From: Candidatus Bathyarchaeia archaeon
GTDB lineage: Archaea > Thermoproteota > Bathyarchaeia > Bathyarchaeales > Bathycorpusculaceae
Assembly: GCA_049521795.1 (NCBI GenBank)
Contig: JBEKOM010000001.1
Location: 320,001-384,000, forward strand
Length of the DNA: 64,000 bases
Direction of reading: 5' to 3'
The position numbers and the translations under genes are program-made. Under the pieces are notes generated by a model that was not told the origin of the DNA, ran no database searches, and worked only from the letters and a program-made list of their open reading frames with translations. Shown here piece after piece: positions 9,740 to 19,899 of this stretch (the first letter of the stretch is position 1; the number at the start of each line of letters is the position of its first letter).

Positions 9740-11011
9740 TTACGTTGTACCCAATTCCCATGTCGCTAGATATTTTCTCTGCTCCTTCGTTAGTCTGTCA
9801 ACCTTGATGTGCATAGAGTCGAGTTTCAGTTTTGCCACGTCATCATCTATTTCTTTTGGCACCGGATAGACTTTCGGCGGTAACTTCGCTTCTTTCGCTA
9901 GGTATTCAACGCAGAGAGCTTGGTTTGCAAAAGACATGTCCATGACCTCGGACGGATGTCCCTCGGCTGCGGCCAAGTTCACAAGTCTTCCTTCGGCCAA
10001 GAGGTACAGTCTTCGTCCATCCTTAAGCGTGTACTCGTCGAGGTTTAGTCTGATGTTTCTTTTTTTCGTCGAGAGTTCTTCGAGGTCTTTGAAGTCTATT
10101 TCAACGTTGAAGTGTCCGCTGTTGGCCAGAATGGCGCCGTCTTTCATCCTCACCATGTGTTCTTTCCTTATCACGCTGGTATCGCCGGTTGCCGTCACGA
10201 AAATGTCGCCTACTGCAGCCGCTTCGATAATTGGCATAACGCGGAACCCGTTCATCGCGGCTTCAAGTCCCCGTAGCGGGTTCACTTCGGTGACGATCAC
10301 GTTCGCTCCCATCCCTTGTGCTCTCATCGCGATGCCTCTTCCACACCAGCCGTAACCGCAGATGACAAAGTTCTTGCCCGCTAGAAGAATATTTGTTGCT
10401 CTCAATATGCCGTCCAACGTGCTTTGGCCCGTTCCGTAACGGTTGTCAAACAAGTATTTCGTGTAAGCGTCGTTCACTGCAATTATTGGATACTTGAGTG
10501 CACCCTTTTTCTCCATGGCTCTCAAACGAAGCACGCCCGTGGTTGTCTCCTCTGTCCCTCCTTTGATTTTCGGCAAGGCCTGTTTTCTCTTCCTGTGCAG
10601 TGTGCCAACGAGGTCTGCCCCATCATCCAAAGTTATCGTAGGGACAAGATCTAACGCTTTCTCAACGCACCAGTAGTATTCTTCGGTCGTTTGACCTCGC
10701 CAGGCAAAGACGTTTACACCTATCTTTGCAAGCGCTGCTGCAACATCGTCCTGTGTTGAAAGAGGGTTAGAACCGCACAGTGCAACTCTTGCTCCTGCGG
10801 CGACGAAAGTGTCAACGAGCACGCCTGTCTCTTTTGTCACGTGCAGACATGCCCCTAGGGTCAAGCCTATCAGCGGCTTTTCTTTGGCAACTCTCTCCCT
10901 AATCTGGGTTAAGACTGGCATATGCTTTGATGCCCATTCGATCTGCAGATTTCCACTGGAAGCTAACGTTAGGTCTTTGACCTTGAACTTTTCCATAATT
11001 GTTTTCTCCAT
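9740..11011 (-). CDS. ahcY: S-adenosylhomocysteine hydrolase
   Basis: [56 protein letters not shown]. Confidence 0.98.
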   Translation of the reverse strand: MEKTIMEKFKVKDLTLASSGNLQIEWASKHMPVLTQIRERVAKEKPLIGLTLGACLHVTKETGVLVDTFVAAGARVALCGSNPLSTQDDVAAALAKIGVNVFAWRGQTTEEYYWCVEKALDLVPTITLDDGADLVGTLHRKRKQALPKIKGGTEETTTGVLRLRAMEKKGALKYPIIAVNDAYTKYLFDNRYGTGQSTLDGILRATNILLAGKNFVICGYGWCGRGIAMRAQGMGANVIVTEVNPLRGLEAAMNGFRVMPIIEAAAVGDIFVTATGDTSVIRKEHMVRMKDGAILANSGHFNVEIDFKDLEELSTKKRNIRLNLDEYTLKDGRRLYLLAEGRLVNLAAAEGHPSEVMDMSFANQALCVEYLAKEAKLPPKVYPVPKEIDDDVAKLKLDSMHIKVDRLTKEQRKYLATWELGTT

Positions 11012-11145
11012 TACGTTCTGTGACAGTTCGCTATTTAAGGCTAAGTGCGAATTGATTCATTCTTTGGCACTTCCCTTGATTTCTCGGCTTGTATCGCTAT
11101 ATTTTTAACTTGTAGCCGATAACTCTTCGCTTTGGATGTGATTTC

Positions 11146-12234
11146 TTGCTTGAATTGAAGGCTGAAAGAGTGGAGGAGTATCTCTCAAGTGTCTATAAGG
11201 CAGCGGCTAAGGTCTTGCGAGTCGTGCCCTTGCGTAACGGTCAGGTTGCTGACTTGAAAGGCTTCGGGTACGGGGTGCCCTACCTTATTGAGTTCAGTGT
11301 ACAAGGACAAACCAAGCGGGTGGTCTTGGAAACCATGCGGCCTGAAGGCTTTGGACATGACTACTTCTCTGACAGGGCCGCCGTTCTGCTGTGGCAGCAC
11401 TCCGCGTTTAACAAACTGCCTAAGCATGTCAGTTCTGTTGATGTTGGCTCCTTTTCAAACGACGGAGAGACTTTGAAGTCATTGGGAGACTGTATTGAAT
11501 TCTTCATCCTAACCGACTTTGTTGAAGGCTCATTATACCTTGAAGACTTAGACCGCATCAAAGAAACCTGCAAGGTGACGGATCTAGACGAGGAACGGTG
11601 TGTGGCGTTGTCTGACTATCTTGTCGAAGTCCATTCGGTCAAGAAGAATGACGCGCCAGAACTTTACGTCAGACGAATTCGCGACCTGATTGGGCAAGGT
11701 GAAGGCATCTTTGGACTGACGGACAGTTATCCGAGCAAATTGGGCTACGTTGACGAGAAGTATTTCATCGAGCTTGAGAAGAACTGCTTGGAGTGGCGCT
11801 GGCATCTGAAAAAGAAGGCGCAAAGGCTTTCGCAAGTGCATGGGGACTTCCATCCTTGGAACGTTCTGTTCAGGCAGGGATTAGATTTCACCGTTCTAGA
11901 CCGCAGCAGGGGCGAATGGGGGGAGCCTGCCGACGACGTGGCTGCTATGACGATCAACTACCTCTTCTATTCTTTACAGACCTTCGGTGAGATGAACGGA
12001 CCTTTCGGAAGGCTGTTCATACTTTTCTGGAAGAACTACTTGGACAAGACGGGTGACGACGAGATTTTGAAGGTCATTCAACCTTTCTACGCTTGGCGCA
12101 GTCTTGTCGTTGCATCACCCTTGTGGTACCCGAATCTTCCCTTGATTGCGCGGAGGAAGATCCTCCGTTTCGCGAGCAGGGTACTCGAAGCGAGAGAATT
12201 TGAGGTTGAAAGCGTCAAATCTTACTTAAAATAG
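11146..12234 (+). CDS. APH/choline-kinase-like phosphotransferase
   Basis: VHGDFHPWNVLF, LDRSRGEWGEPADD. Confidence 0.85.
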   Translation: MLELKAERVEEYLSSVYKAAAKVLRVVPLRNGQVADLKGFGYGVPYLIEFSVQGQTKRVVLETMRPEGFGHDYFSDRAAVLLWQHSAFNKLPKHVSSVDVGSFSNDGETLKSLGDCIEFFILTDFVEGSLYLEDLDRIKETCKVTDLDEERCVALSDYLVEVHSVKKNDAPELYVRRIRDLIGQGEGIFGLTDSYPSKLGYVDEKYFIELEKNCLEWRWHLKKKAQRLSQVHGDFHPWNVLFRQGLDFTVLDRSRGEWGEPADDVAAMTINYLFYSLQTFGEMNGPFGRLFILFWKNYLDKTGDDEILKVIQPFYAWRSLVVASPLWYPNLPLIARRKILRFASRVLEAREFEVESVKSYLK

Positions 12235-12337
12235 CATTTGCGACCTTTCACCGCCGGCGTCAAGACGATATATCAACGGTGAGACTAAAGTATAAATAGA
12301 GTCAAGGGTAAGGCTGATTTGGGTAAGGGGTTCAACC

Positions 12338-12457
12338 TTGGGCGTAGAGTCTATAGATGACCTGAAGAGACTTCTCAGCGAGATGGGCTATTCTTCGAAC
12401 GCAGTCAGTGAAATATTGAAATGGTACAGGGAGAACAGTTCTACCAGAAGAGCATGA
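12338..12457 (+). CDS. Unannotated 39-aa small protein, translationally coupled to the next gene
   Basis: TTG start; MGVESIDDLKRLLSEMGYSSNAVSEILKWYRENSSTRRA; its stop overlaps the 12454 ATG as ATGA. Confidence 0.55.
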   Translation: MGVESIDDLKRLLSEMGYSSNAVSEILKWYRENSSTRRA

Positions 12458-12855
12458 AGGGCATCTACGTTCTCATAATCGCAATAGACAGGAACATCAG
12501 TGTAAACATTGGCGCATTAGGCAAGTTGAGTTTGGAAAAGGGCCTATACGCTTACGTGGGCTCAGCCCAAAACAACTTGGAAGAACCCATCAAACGGCAT
12601 CTCAGAACAGAGAAGGCGAAGTTTTGGCACATCGATTACTTGCTGGGCAACTCGCCTGTCAAGGTTGTGAAAGTCTTCTACAAGAGAGCAGGAAAGCCAA
12701 ACGAATGCAAGATCGCGACACAACTTGCGAAGAAGGGTTCTCCAATACGAGGCTTCGGCAGTTCAGACTGCAAGTGTGAAAGCCATCTGATCAGGGTCGA
12801 AGACTATCAGTTTTTAAGAGAACACATGAGAGAAACTGTAGTGGGACCAGCATGA
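12454..12855 (+). CDS. DUF123 / GIY-YIG (Uri) endonuclease
   Basis: KGIYVLII, GLYAYVGSA, WHIDYLL, GFGSSDCKCESHL. Confidence 0.9.
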   Translation: MKGIYVLIIAIDRNISVNIGALGKLSLEKGLYAYVGSAQNNLEEPIKRHLRTEKAKFWHIDYLLGNSPVKVVKVFYKRAGKPNECKIATQLAKKGSPIRGFGSSDCKCESHLIRVEDYQFLREHMRETVVGPA

Positions 12856-13430
12856 AAGAAAGAGCCTCCGCTAGACTGGGCTGGTGCGTTTGGGTCACAG
12901 GCTTACCTGGAAGCGGCAAGTCCGTCGTGTCCGAAGCTCTGCTCAAGCTTCTCAATCAGAAGGGTATCCATGCTCAACTGTTGTCCGTGGACGCTCTCCG
13001 CAAAGTTTTGACTCCTAAGCCATCCTACTCTTTGGAAGAACGCGACACGGTTTATGCAACGCTCGTCTACTTTGCTGAGCTTCTGACAGAGAATGGTGTG
13101 AACGTTTTGATCGACGCGACTGGTAACCTTAGACGCTTCCGCGAGGACGCAAGAAAGCGAATTCCAAAGTTCGTCGAGGTCTATCTTGCGTGTCCAATGG
13201 GAATTTGCATGGATCGTGAGGACAGAAGAAGGAAAACTCACCTTGCTCCAAGGAAAATCTACTCAAGGGGCCTGAAGGGTGAAGCCACAACTGTCCCCGG
13301 GATCGGGCAACCTTACGAACCTCCTGTAAACGCTGAAGTAACGATCAACGCTGCCAAATGCTCACCGCAAGAATCTGCACGGGAAATACTGCACAAGCTA
13401 TTACTTGTCCAGACTGGAGAAAGAGAGTAG
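12852..13430 (+). CDS. Adenylylsulfate kinase-like P-loop kinase
   Basis: WVTGLPGSGKS, FVEVYLACP, VPGIGQPYEPP. Confidence 0.85.
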   Translation: MKERASARLGWCVWVTGLPGSGKSVVSEALLKLLNQKGIHAQLLSVDALRKVLTPKPSYSLEERDTVYATLVYFAELLTENGVNVLIDATGNLRRFREDARKRIPKFVEVYLACPMGICMDREDRRRKTHLAPRKIYSRGLKGEATTVPGIGQPYEPPVNAEVTINAAKCSPQESAREILHKLLLVQTGERE

Positions 13431-13434
13431 GCCT

Positions 13435-14055
13435 TCAGGCATTCTTGACGTAGTTGAAAACAGCGTCGGCTTGCTCTTTCGAGATTTTCGAGTCTCGAAG
13501 GAGTCTATCTGCAAGCTCGGTGACCTTTGCTAGGGAGTGCACTCCGTAGCCAAGCTTTCCTAGGTTTTCTGCGCCATGCTGTTCCCTGTCCACCACTACT
13601 AGGATGTTTTCTACGCGGGCCCCAAGCTGCTCGAGGGGCTTTATCGCTTCGAGCTTGGACAAGCCCTCGCTGATAACATCATCAAAGAAGAGAATCCGTT
13701 CGCCTTTTGCGACTTCTGCACCTGCAATTCTTCCCGTGGCGCCGTACGCTTTTACCTCTTTCCTCACCACGATGCATGGCAGGTTCGTTCGACAAGCGAT
13801 ACTTGGCAGAATCAAAGCACCTTTCAACTCGATCGAAGCCAATTTGTCTATCCTATCCTTGGCCCCAAGGCATCTAATTCTGTCTGCAGCAATATCTGCA
13901 AGGGTGCAGAAGTCTCTGGGAGAGGACAGCAGGCATGCAAGGTCAATGTAGTATGGACTTAGGGCTCCAGATTTGATGTGGAAAGTACCAAACTTCAAGC
14001 AACCGGAATGATACAGAGCTCCTGAAATCTCAGAAGCAGTATCGACCATCATCAA
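13435..14055 (-). CDS. pyrE: Orotate phosphoribosyltransferase
   Basis: KFGTFHIKSGALSPYYID, VRKEVKAYG, FFDDVISEGLS, VVVDRE. Confidence 0.9.
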   Translation of the reverse strand: MMMVDTASEISGALYHSGCLKFGTFHIKSGALSPYYIDLACLLSSPRDFCTLADIAADRIRCLGAKDRIDKLASIELKGALILPSIACRTNLPCIVVRKEVKAYGATGRIAGAEVAKGERILFFDDVISEGLSKLEAIKPLEQLGARVENILVVVDREQHGAENLGKLGYGVHSLAKVTELADRLLRDSKISKEQADAVFNYVKNA

Positions 14056-14274
14056 TCCTCAACAGGACTAGACACCGCCATATTTAATACTTGCCAGACT
14101 TTGTTTAACTCGTGAATTTCAAAGTGTACAAGTGTAAATAGCCAAGTTCGGTATACAACAAATCACGCACAGGCCGCGATAGAAGCACGCAAATAGACGC
14201 TGAAACACTGCATGCAAAGTTCTAAATCCATATGTGTCTCAGTTGAAATAAATGATGCAAAGGAGAAATAGTAT

Positions 14275-14898
14275 TTGTCCTGGGAAAGTTCAATTATTCT
14301 TGAAAAAGGCGAGAAAGTAGTTACTTCTTGGAGGGGCAATCGTGAGATTACCGAGAAAGTGGTAGCGAGAGGTTCCTTCGGACGAAAGAAAGTAGAAGAG
14401 GCGAAGGAACGTAAGAATGGTTACCTAGCGTTGACGAACCAGAGACTATTGTTTCTTGAAGAGCACGGGATGTTCGGCAAATCATACCATCAAGTGCTTG
14501 CTGTACCGTTGATGAAAGTGGGAGGAGTATCGATGGGAGGCATGTTGTCTCCTTTTGTGTCAATAGCAGACGATGTGGAGACTCACATGTTCCATGTCTC
14601 AGGAGTTGGCAAGAACGAATTCGAGCCTTTCAGACAATTGATTACAGAACAGTGTCGTGCGAGAAAAGAAGAGTTCGAAGCGGAAAAGAAGAAGGAGAGG
14701 GTCCAAGTGGTCTTGGACTTCTCATCATTGAAAGATTACATGGAGAAAGGCGGCTTGGTCCTCCAAAAAACGAAATGCCCAGAGTGCGGAGCACCGATGA
14801 CGTTGCCCAAGTCAGGAAATCAGACCAATTGTGAGCATTGCGGAAGCACGGTGTACGCGCAGGACATCTTCGAGAAGGTAAAATCACTGATTGGATGA
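14275..14898 (+). CDS. PH-like domain protein with C-terminal zinc ribbon
   Basis: GYLALTNQRLLF (PH/GRAM-like) and CPECG...CEHCG. Confidence 0.7.
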   Translation: MSWESSIILEKGEKVVTSWRGNREITEKVVARGSFGRKKVEEAKERKNGYLALTNQRLLFLEEHGMFGKSYHQVLAVPLMKVGGVSMGGMLSPFVSIADDVETHMFHVSGVGKNEFEPFRQLITEQCRARKEEFEAEKKKERVQVVLDFSSLKDYMEKGGLVLQKTKCPECGAPMTLPKSGNQTNCEHCGSTVYAQDIFEKVKSLIG

Positions 14899-14913
14899 TG
14901 TTCGAGGAGTTCG

Positions 14914-15108
14914 CTACGGGGCAGGGTTCTTGCTGACTTTGGTCAGCTTGTAGTTGCCAATGAAGTCTTTCTTGTAGAAATGGAACAGGCCACAATTCCG
15001 ACACTTCATAATCTTCGTTGACTGCTTAATGTCCAATTCAAACAATTCTAGAGGGCCACCGCAATCGTAGCATTTGCCAGTGTGCTTTTTTGGTTCCTCT
15101 TCAACCAT
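14914..15108 (-). CDS. Small zinc-ribbon protein
   Basis: CYDCG...CRNCG; upstream TATA-like AT stretch. Confidence 0.7.
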   Translation of the reverse strand: MVEEEPKKHTGKCYDCGGPLELFELDIKQSTKIMKCRNCGLFHFYKKDFIGNYKLTKVSKNPAP

Positions 15109-15403
15109 GCAAAACCCAACGTTTCTTGCTGTTTACTTCTCTAGGCTAAAATATCTTTCCGTGGAACGACAAAATCAGAATAACTGTTCGTGGCGGTTCT
15201 GCTTTTCCCAATTGTCTCAAGGCCACTTACAATGTTTGAGATCCAAAGTTGTGGGTGTTCTGCGAAGAAGGCTCTATTGAATTGTGGATGATTTGCATAT
15301 TGTGGCGCTCATGGATAATGCAAATGATTATGACTGTATGGAAGATTTCTTAAACCACTTACGAAATAGTATAGATAGGCTTGTTTGTCAGGAGGCAGGT
15401 TGT

Positions 15404-15973
15404 TTGAAGGAGATAGAGATCAGACTGGTTTGTGAGCTCATTAGGAACAGCAGAAAAAGTGATAGGGAACTGGCAAAGGCAATTGGTGTTTCTCAGCCTA
15501 CAATCTCCAGAATCAGAACAAGGCTTGAAAGAGAAGGAGTCATCGAGTACGGCGGATCTGCGAATCTGAGAAAACTGGGTTTTGAGATCATAGCAATTAC
15601 GTTTGGAAACAAGAAACGTGAACAGCGTCCCGATACCAAAGTTGCAAAGGGAAAGGTTTTCACGGCAAAGAATCCTAACATGATCTTCGTTTCCACCGGC
15701 ATGGGCTTGAGTTCAGACATGGTAGCAGTCTCAGTCCACAAGACCTATTCAGACTATGCTGAATACTTACAAGAAATCAGGGCAGAATGGGCGGAATCCA
15801 TGGCAGTGACTGGCTCATTTCTCATAGCCTTAAACAGTGACAACGTCTTAAGACCTCTCTCCATGAGGTACATAGCTGATTGCTTAGAGAGAGAAATCAG
15901 AGCAAGGACTCAAAGCCCTGTAACACGAAGGATTTCGGGAGATAACAACAGTTCAAGGTCGAAGCAAATATAG
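15404..15973 (+). CDS. Lrp/AsnC-like HTH transcriptional regulator
   Basis: GGAGG at 15391 before the TTG; SDRELAKAIGVSQPTISRIRTRLEREGVI. Confidence 0.85.
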   Translation: MKEIEIRLVCELIRNSRKSDRELAKAIGVSQPTISRIRTRLEREGVIEYGGSANLRKLGFEIIAITFGNKKREQRPDTKVAKGKVFTAKNPNMIFVSTGMGLSSDMVAVSVHKTYSDYAEYLQEIRAEWAESMAVTGSFLIALNSDNVLRPLSMRYIADCLEREIRARTQSPVTRRISGDNNSSRSKQI

Positions 15974-16098
15974 AGGCGTTATTTTTCCGCAGGGCCAGCC
16001 GATTTGGGAAAAAGTAGGCCAACCCCTTCTGGCGCAACGGAACCAAAATGTTAATAACTCATTGTTCTCATTCCTAGAAGTCGCGAAGCGAAAAAATA

Positions 16099-17112
16099 AT
16101 GGGACATCGTAAGACGCACGCTCCGAGACATGGTTCTCTGGCATATTTGCCCAGGAAACGTGCTGAACACTTACTGGCCAGAGTGCGCTTCTGGCCCAGA
16201 GTTGAATCAGAAACGCCTCGGCTTCTAGGGTTTACGGGCTACAAAGCCGGCATGACCCACGTGTTCACGATAGAAGACCGGAAGCGGTCGCCGGATTTTG
16301 GCAAGGAAGTGATTCTTCCAGCCACGATCTTGGAGACCCCGCCCATTATTGTCTGCGGTGTAAAGGTCTACGCGAAAGATGTCAATGGTTTGCGGACCTT
16401 AAGTGAAGCATGGGCGAAAGACCTGCCAGACGACTTAAGAAGAGTTTTCACGGTTGCGGAAGATTTCAAGACGGAGGAAGCTCTGAAGAAGATTGAGGAG
16501 AACCTGTCTCGAGTTGTGAGGGTCCGTGTTATCAGTGTGACTCAGCCAAGGCAGGCAAGTCTGCCGAAGAAAAAGCCTGACATGGCAGAAATAGAGATAG
16601 GTGGAGGAACAGTCCAGCAGCAGTTCGAGTACGCAAAAAGCCTTCTTGGAAAAACCGCAACCCCAGCGGAGATTTTCAAGGAAGGCCAGTACGTTGACAT
16701 AGCTTCAGTTTCAACAGGTAAGGGCTTTCAAGGACCTGTGAAACGTTGGGGAGTCACAATACTTCAGGCTAAGGGAAGAAAGACAAAGAGAGGCGTTGCA
16801 ACGCTAGGCCCGTGGAACCCGCACCACGTGATGTACAGCGTCCCAAGAGCGGGGCAGATGGGTTTTCACCAGAGAACAGAGTACAACAAACGAATCATCA
16901 AGATAGGCAAGGATGGAAAGGAGATCACGCCAAAAGGGGGTTTCCTGAGATACGGCATAGTCAAAGGTTCATACGTGCTTCTTGCAGGAAGCATAGCAGG
17001 CACGGAGAAGCGTCCAATACGGATTCGCTACCCGGCACGCCCGCCTAGAGGAATACCGGAAGAGCCGCCGCAAATAACCCAAATATCCCTTGAGTCTCCA
17101 CAGGGAAGATAG
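16099..17112 (+). CDS. rpl3: 50S ribosomal protein uL3
   Basis: PRHGSLAYLPRKRA, GYKAGMTH, GKGFQGPVKRWG, GQMGFHQRTEYNK. Confidence 0.98.
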   Translation: MGHRKTHAPRHGSLAYLPRKRAEHLLARVRFWPRVESETPRLLGFTGYKAGMTHVFTIEDRKRSPDFGKEVILPATILETPPIIVCGVKVYAKDVNGLRTLSEAWAKDLPDDLRRVFTVAEDFKTEEALKKIEENLSRVVRVRVISVTQPRQASLPKKKPDMAEIEIGGGTVQQQFEYAKSLLGKTATPAEIFKEGQYVDIASVSTGKGFQGPVKRWGVTILQAKGRKTKRGVATLGPWNPHHVMYSVPRAGQMGFHQRTEYNKRIIKIGKDGKEITPKGGFLRYGIVKGSYVLLAGSIAGTEKRPIRIRYPARPPRGIPEEPPQITQISLESPQGR

Positions 17113-17125
17113 TCGGTGAACGCCA

Positions 17126-17917
17126 ATGGTTAAGAAGGCGGCGAAGGTTTTCAACCTTGAAGGTAAGGCGGTGGGAAAGATTGAGCTTCCAGCAGTTTTC
17201 ACGACACCGCTGAGACCGGACGTCATAAAGCGGGCTGTCCTGGCAATACAGTCGAATAGGCTTCAACCACAGGGCAGAGACCCCATGGCTGGAAAGAGAA
17301 CGACAGCCGAATCCAGAGGCACAGGCTCAGGCCAAGCCAGATTGCCAAGACGCAAGACTGCGTCTGCAAGAGCGGCTTTCGCACCGGGAACGGTCGGGGG
17401 AAGGCAGTCTCATCCGCCGACTTCCGAGAAGAAGATTGTTAAGAGGATTCCGAAGAAGGAGAAGAGGCTAGCCTTGTTCTCGGCTATAGCAGCGACGGCG
17501 TCGAAGGAGACTGTGACCAAGAGGGGTCACCGCATTGAGGATGTGCCGCAAATTCCGCTTATAGTCTCGCCTGAACTGGAAGGCTTGAAGAGGGCCAAGG
17601 AAGTTGAAGAGGTTCTCATACGGTTGGGAGTATTGTCAGAGATTCTCCGGGTAAGAGAGAGCAGAAAGGTGAGGGCTGGGAGGGGTAAGAGCAGAGGAAG
17701 AAAGATGAAGCAGGCTGTTGGGCCACTCATAGTCATTAGTGAGAACAAGGGAATAATGGAAGCAGCAGGAAACATTCCGGGCGTGGACGTTGTCGCGGTC
17801 ACAAACCTTAACCCGGAGATATTGGCTCCGGGCACGCATCCTGGAAGATTCACGATATGGACGAGCAGCGCGGTTGAGGAGCTTGCTCGGTTGCACGGTC
17901 AAGGAGGACAGGCATAA
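17126..17917 (+). CDS. rpl4: 50S ribosomal protein uL4
   Basis: FTTPLRPDVIKRAV, AGKRTTAES, LAPGTHPGR. Confidence 0.98.
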   Translation: MVKKAAKVFNLEGKAVGKIELPAVFTTPLRPDVIKRAVLAIQSNRLQPQGRDPMAGKRTTAESRGTGSGQARLPRRKTASARAAFAPGTVGGRQSHPPTSEKKIVKRIPKKEKRLALFSAIAATASKETVTKRGHRIEDVPQIPLIVSPELEGLKRAKEVEEVLIRLGVLSEILRVRESRKVRAGRGKSRGRKMKQAVGPLIVISENKGIMEAAGNIPGVDVVAVTNLNPEILAPGTHPGRFTIWTSSAVEELARLHGQGGQA

Positions 17918-18177
17918 TGGACCCCTACGATGTCATACTCTATCCTTTAATGACAGAGTCGTCTAGTCTCATGGTTGAAAAAGAGAACAAACTGGTTTTC
18001 ATGGTCAACCTGAGAGCAAACAAATCTGACGTCAGAAAGGCGGTTGAAAGGCTCTACGAAGTGAGAGTTGAGGGCGTCCACGTTCTTATCACCTCGACCG
18101 GCGAAAAGAAGGCGTTCGTCAAGCTTCATCCAGATTTCAAGGCAGTTGACATTGCAATCAGACTTGGAATACTTTAA
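17917..18177 (+). CDS. rpl23: 50S ribosomal protein uL23
   Basis: PLMTE, ENKLVF, KKAFVKL, DIAIRLGIL. Confidence 0.97.
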   Translation: MDPYDVILYPLMTESSSLMVEKENKLVFMVNLRANKSDVRKAVERLYEVRVEGVHVLITSTGEKKAFVKLHPDFKAVDIAIRLGIL

Positions 18178-18197
18178 ACCTGTATGGTGGACTGAAA

Positions 18198-18962
18198 ATG
18201 GGAAAGAGAATTCGTGTTCAAAGACGCGGACGTGGGGCCTCTACGTTCCGAGCCGCAACTCACAAGAGGGTGGCCCCTGCTCGGTACCCGCCAACGACAA
18301 AACTGAAGGAATTTGAGTCATCGTTCAACTGCGTGATTGAAGAGCTTGTTCATGACCCAGGGCGAGGAACACCTCTGGGGCTGATAAGGTCTGAAGATGG
18401 ACAAACATTCTACACGGTGGTTCCTGAAGGGGTCTACGAGGGCAAACAGATTCAGATCGGCGGGAGAGCCGCGGTCGACGTGGGCAACATCATGCCGCTT
18501 GGCAAGATCCCAGAAGGAACCATGGTCTGCAACGTAGAGCTCCGCCCCGGGGACGGCGGCAAGCTTTCAAAATCCTCAGGATCGTACGCGACGGTCGTTA
18601 CTCACACGCCCAATGGGACGATAATCAAGTTGCCGTCGGGAAAGTCAAAGTACGTCGCTGATTATTGTCGGGCAACGATCGGCGTCGTCTCAGCGTCCGG
18701 AAGAACGGACAAGCCCTTCCTGAAAGCAGGCGCGAAGTTCCACTTAATGAGAGCTAGGGGGCGCAAGTACCCGAGGACAAGTGGAAGAAAGATGGTTGCA
18801 GCCGTGCATCCGTACGGCAGTAGTAAAAGAAGTGCAAGAAAGGTCACTACAACGTCGCACGGCGCTCCACCAGGACAAAAAGTCGGCTTGATTGCTGCAA
18901 GAGGCACCGGAAGGAAAAACAAGAGCGCGCGCGATAAGCAAAGAATAGGAGAAGGTCCATAA
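18198..18962 (+). CDS. rpl2: 50S ribosomal protein uL2
   Basis: MGKRIRVQRRGRG, HDPGRG, PGDGGK, HPYG, PPGQKVGLIAARGTG. Confidence 0.98.
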   Translation: MGKRIRVQRRGRGASTFRAATHKRVAPARYPPTTKLKEFESSFNCVIEELVHDPGRGTPLGLIRSEDGQTFYTVVPEGVYEGKQIQIGGRAAVDVGNIMPLGKIPEGTMVCNVELRPGDGGKLSKSSGSYATVVTHTPNGTIIKLPSGKSKYVADYCRATIGVVSASGRTDKPFLKAGAKFHLMRARGRKYPRTSGRKMVAAVHPYGSSKRSARKVTTTSHGAPPGQKVGLIAARGTGRKNKSARDKQRIGEGP

Positions 18963-18992
18963 TGTCTAACGTGGCAAGCAGGGTGAGATAAA

Positions 18993-19397
18993 ATGCCGAA
19001 AGAGTTCATGTATCGCGGGCTTTCGCTGAGCCAGCTGCAGAGCATGTCCATGGACGAATTCATTGACCTTCTCCCTTCAAGGCAGCGAAGGAGTCTTCAT
19101 AGGGGTTTGCAGGCGGAGCAGAGGATACTGCTTGAAAAAGTCAGACGCGCGAGAGAAGAGCTTCGAAAGGGAGGCAACCCTGCCATTAAAACGCACGTGC
19201 GGAACATGATCATTCTGCCTGAAATGGTCGGCTTACTGATCCAGGTGCACAACGGCAAAGATTTCGTGCAGGTGGAAATAAAGCCCGAAATGATTGGACA
19301 TTACCTTGGGGAGTTTGCAGTCACAAACAAGCCTGTTAGACACGGTACTCCAGGTATCGGCGCGTCGCGTTCATCGATGTACGTGCCGCTGAAGTAA
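18993..19397 (+). CDS. rps19: 30S ribosomal protein uS19
   Basis: [33 protein letters not shown]. Confidence 0.98.
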   Translation: MPKEFMYRGLSLSQLQSMSMDEFIDLLPSRQRRSLHRGLQAEQRILLEKVRRAREELRKGGNPAIKTHVRNMIILPEMVGLLIQVHNGKDFVQVEIKPEMIGHYLGEFAVTNKPVRHGTPGIGASRSSMYVPLK

Positions 19398-19424
19398 CTG
19401 TTGCCAGCTTGCTTCTCGCCCTGT

Positions 19425-19850
19425 TCAAGCGCTGTAGTCCCTGCCTGAGGGTTTCTTCTCCCCTGGCTTAGTTTCCCCTGTTTGGGGCAGCGGGATTGGC
19501 GGCGGGATGTTCAGGGTTCTGGATATCAGGACAGACTCGATGAAGGCAACGTTTGAAACTGACTGTACTATAATTGGTGGCGGGGGTTTCTTCTCTTCGT
19601 ATTCCTTGTAGACCTTTTCAGTTTCACCTTTGTCGCCGACCACGAACGCGGTTCCTTTCAAGTTTATCTGCGCCACTGAAGGGTTGTAACTGATCGTTAA
19701 AACGAACGGAACGTCTAATGACTCATCCGCCCTCTTCTCCATCCCCGTTAGGTTAAGGTTCGTGTTTATATGAACCTGAGGGAAAGGCTTTCTAAAGTCC
19801 AAGAAACGTTCCGCAGAAATGTTTGAGATGACGACGTTTACTCTTAGCAT
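19425..19850 (-). CDS. Conserved archaeal hypothetical protein
   Basis: Last gene of the rps6e-rps27ae cluster; ISAER, YNPSVAQI.LKG, LNIPPPIPLP. Confidence 0.75.
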   Translation of the reverse strand: MLRVNVVISNISAERFLDFRKPFPQVHINTNLNLTGMEKRADESLDVPFVLTISYNPSVAQINLKGTAFVVGDKGETEKVYKEYEEKKPPPPIIVQSVSNVAFIESVLISRTLNIPPPIPLPQTGETKPGEKKPSGRDYSA

Positions 19851-19899
19851 TTGGCAAATCATCAGGAAGCTATCACGGTGTCGGATAATTTAAAGATGT

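Noticed and set aside
18925-18933. GCGCGCGCG inside rpl2, and GCGCGCGC at 51689 inside mscS
   Set aside because: These are within coding sequence (Ala-Arg codons) and were not counted as cassette junctions; they show that the motif also arises in ordinary genes.
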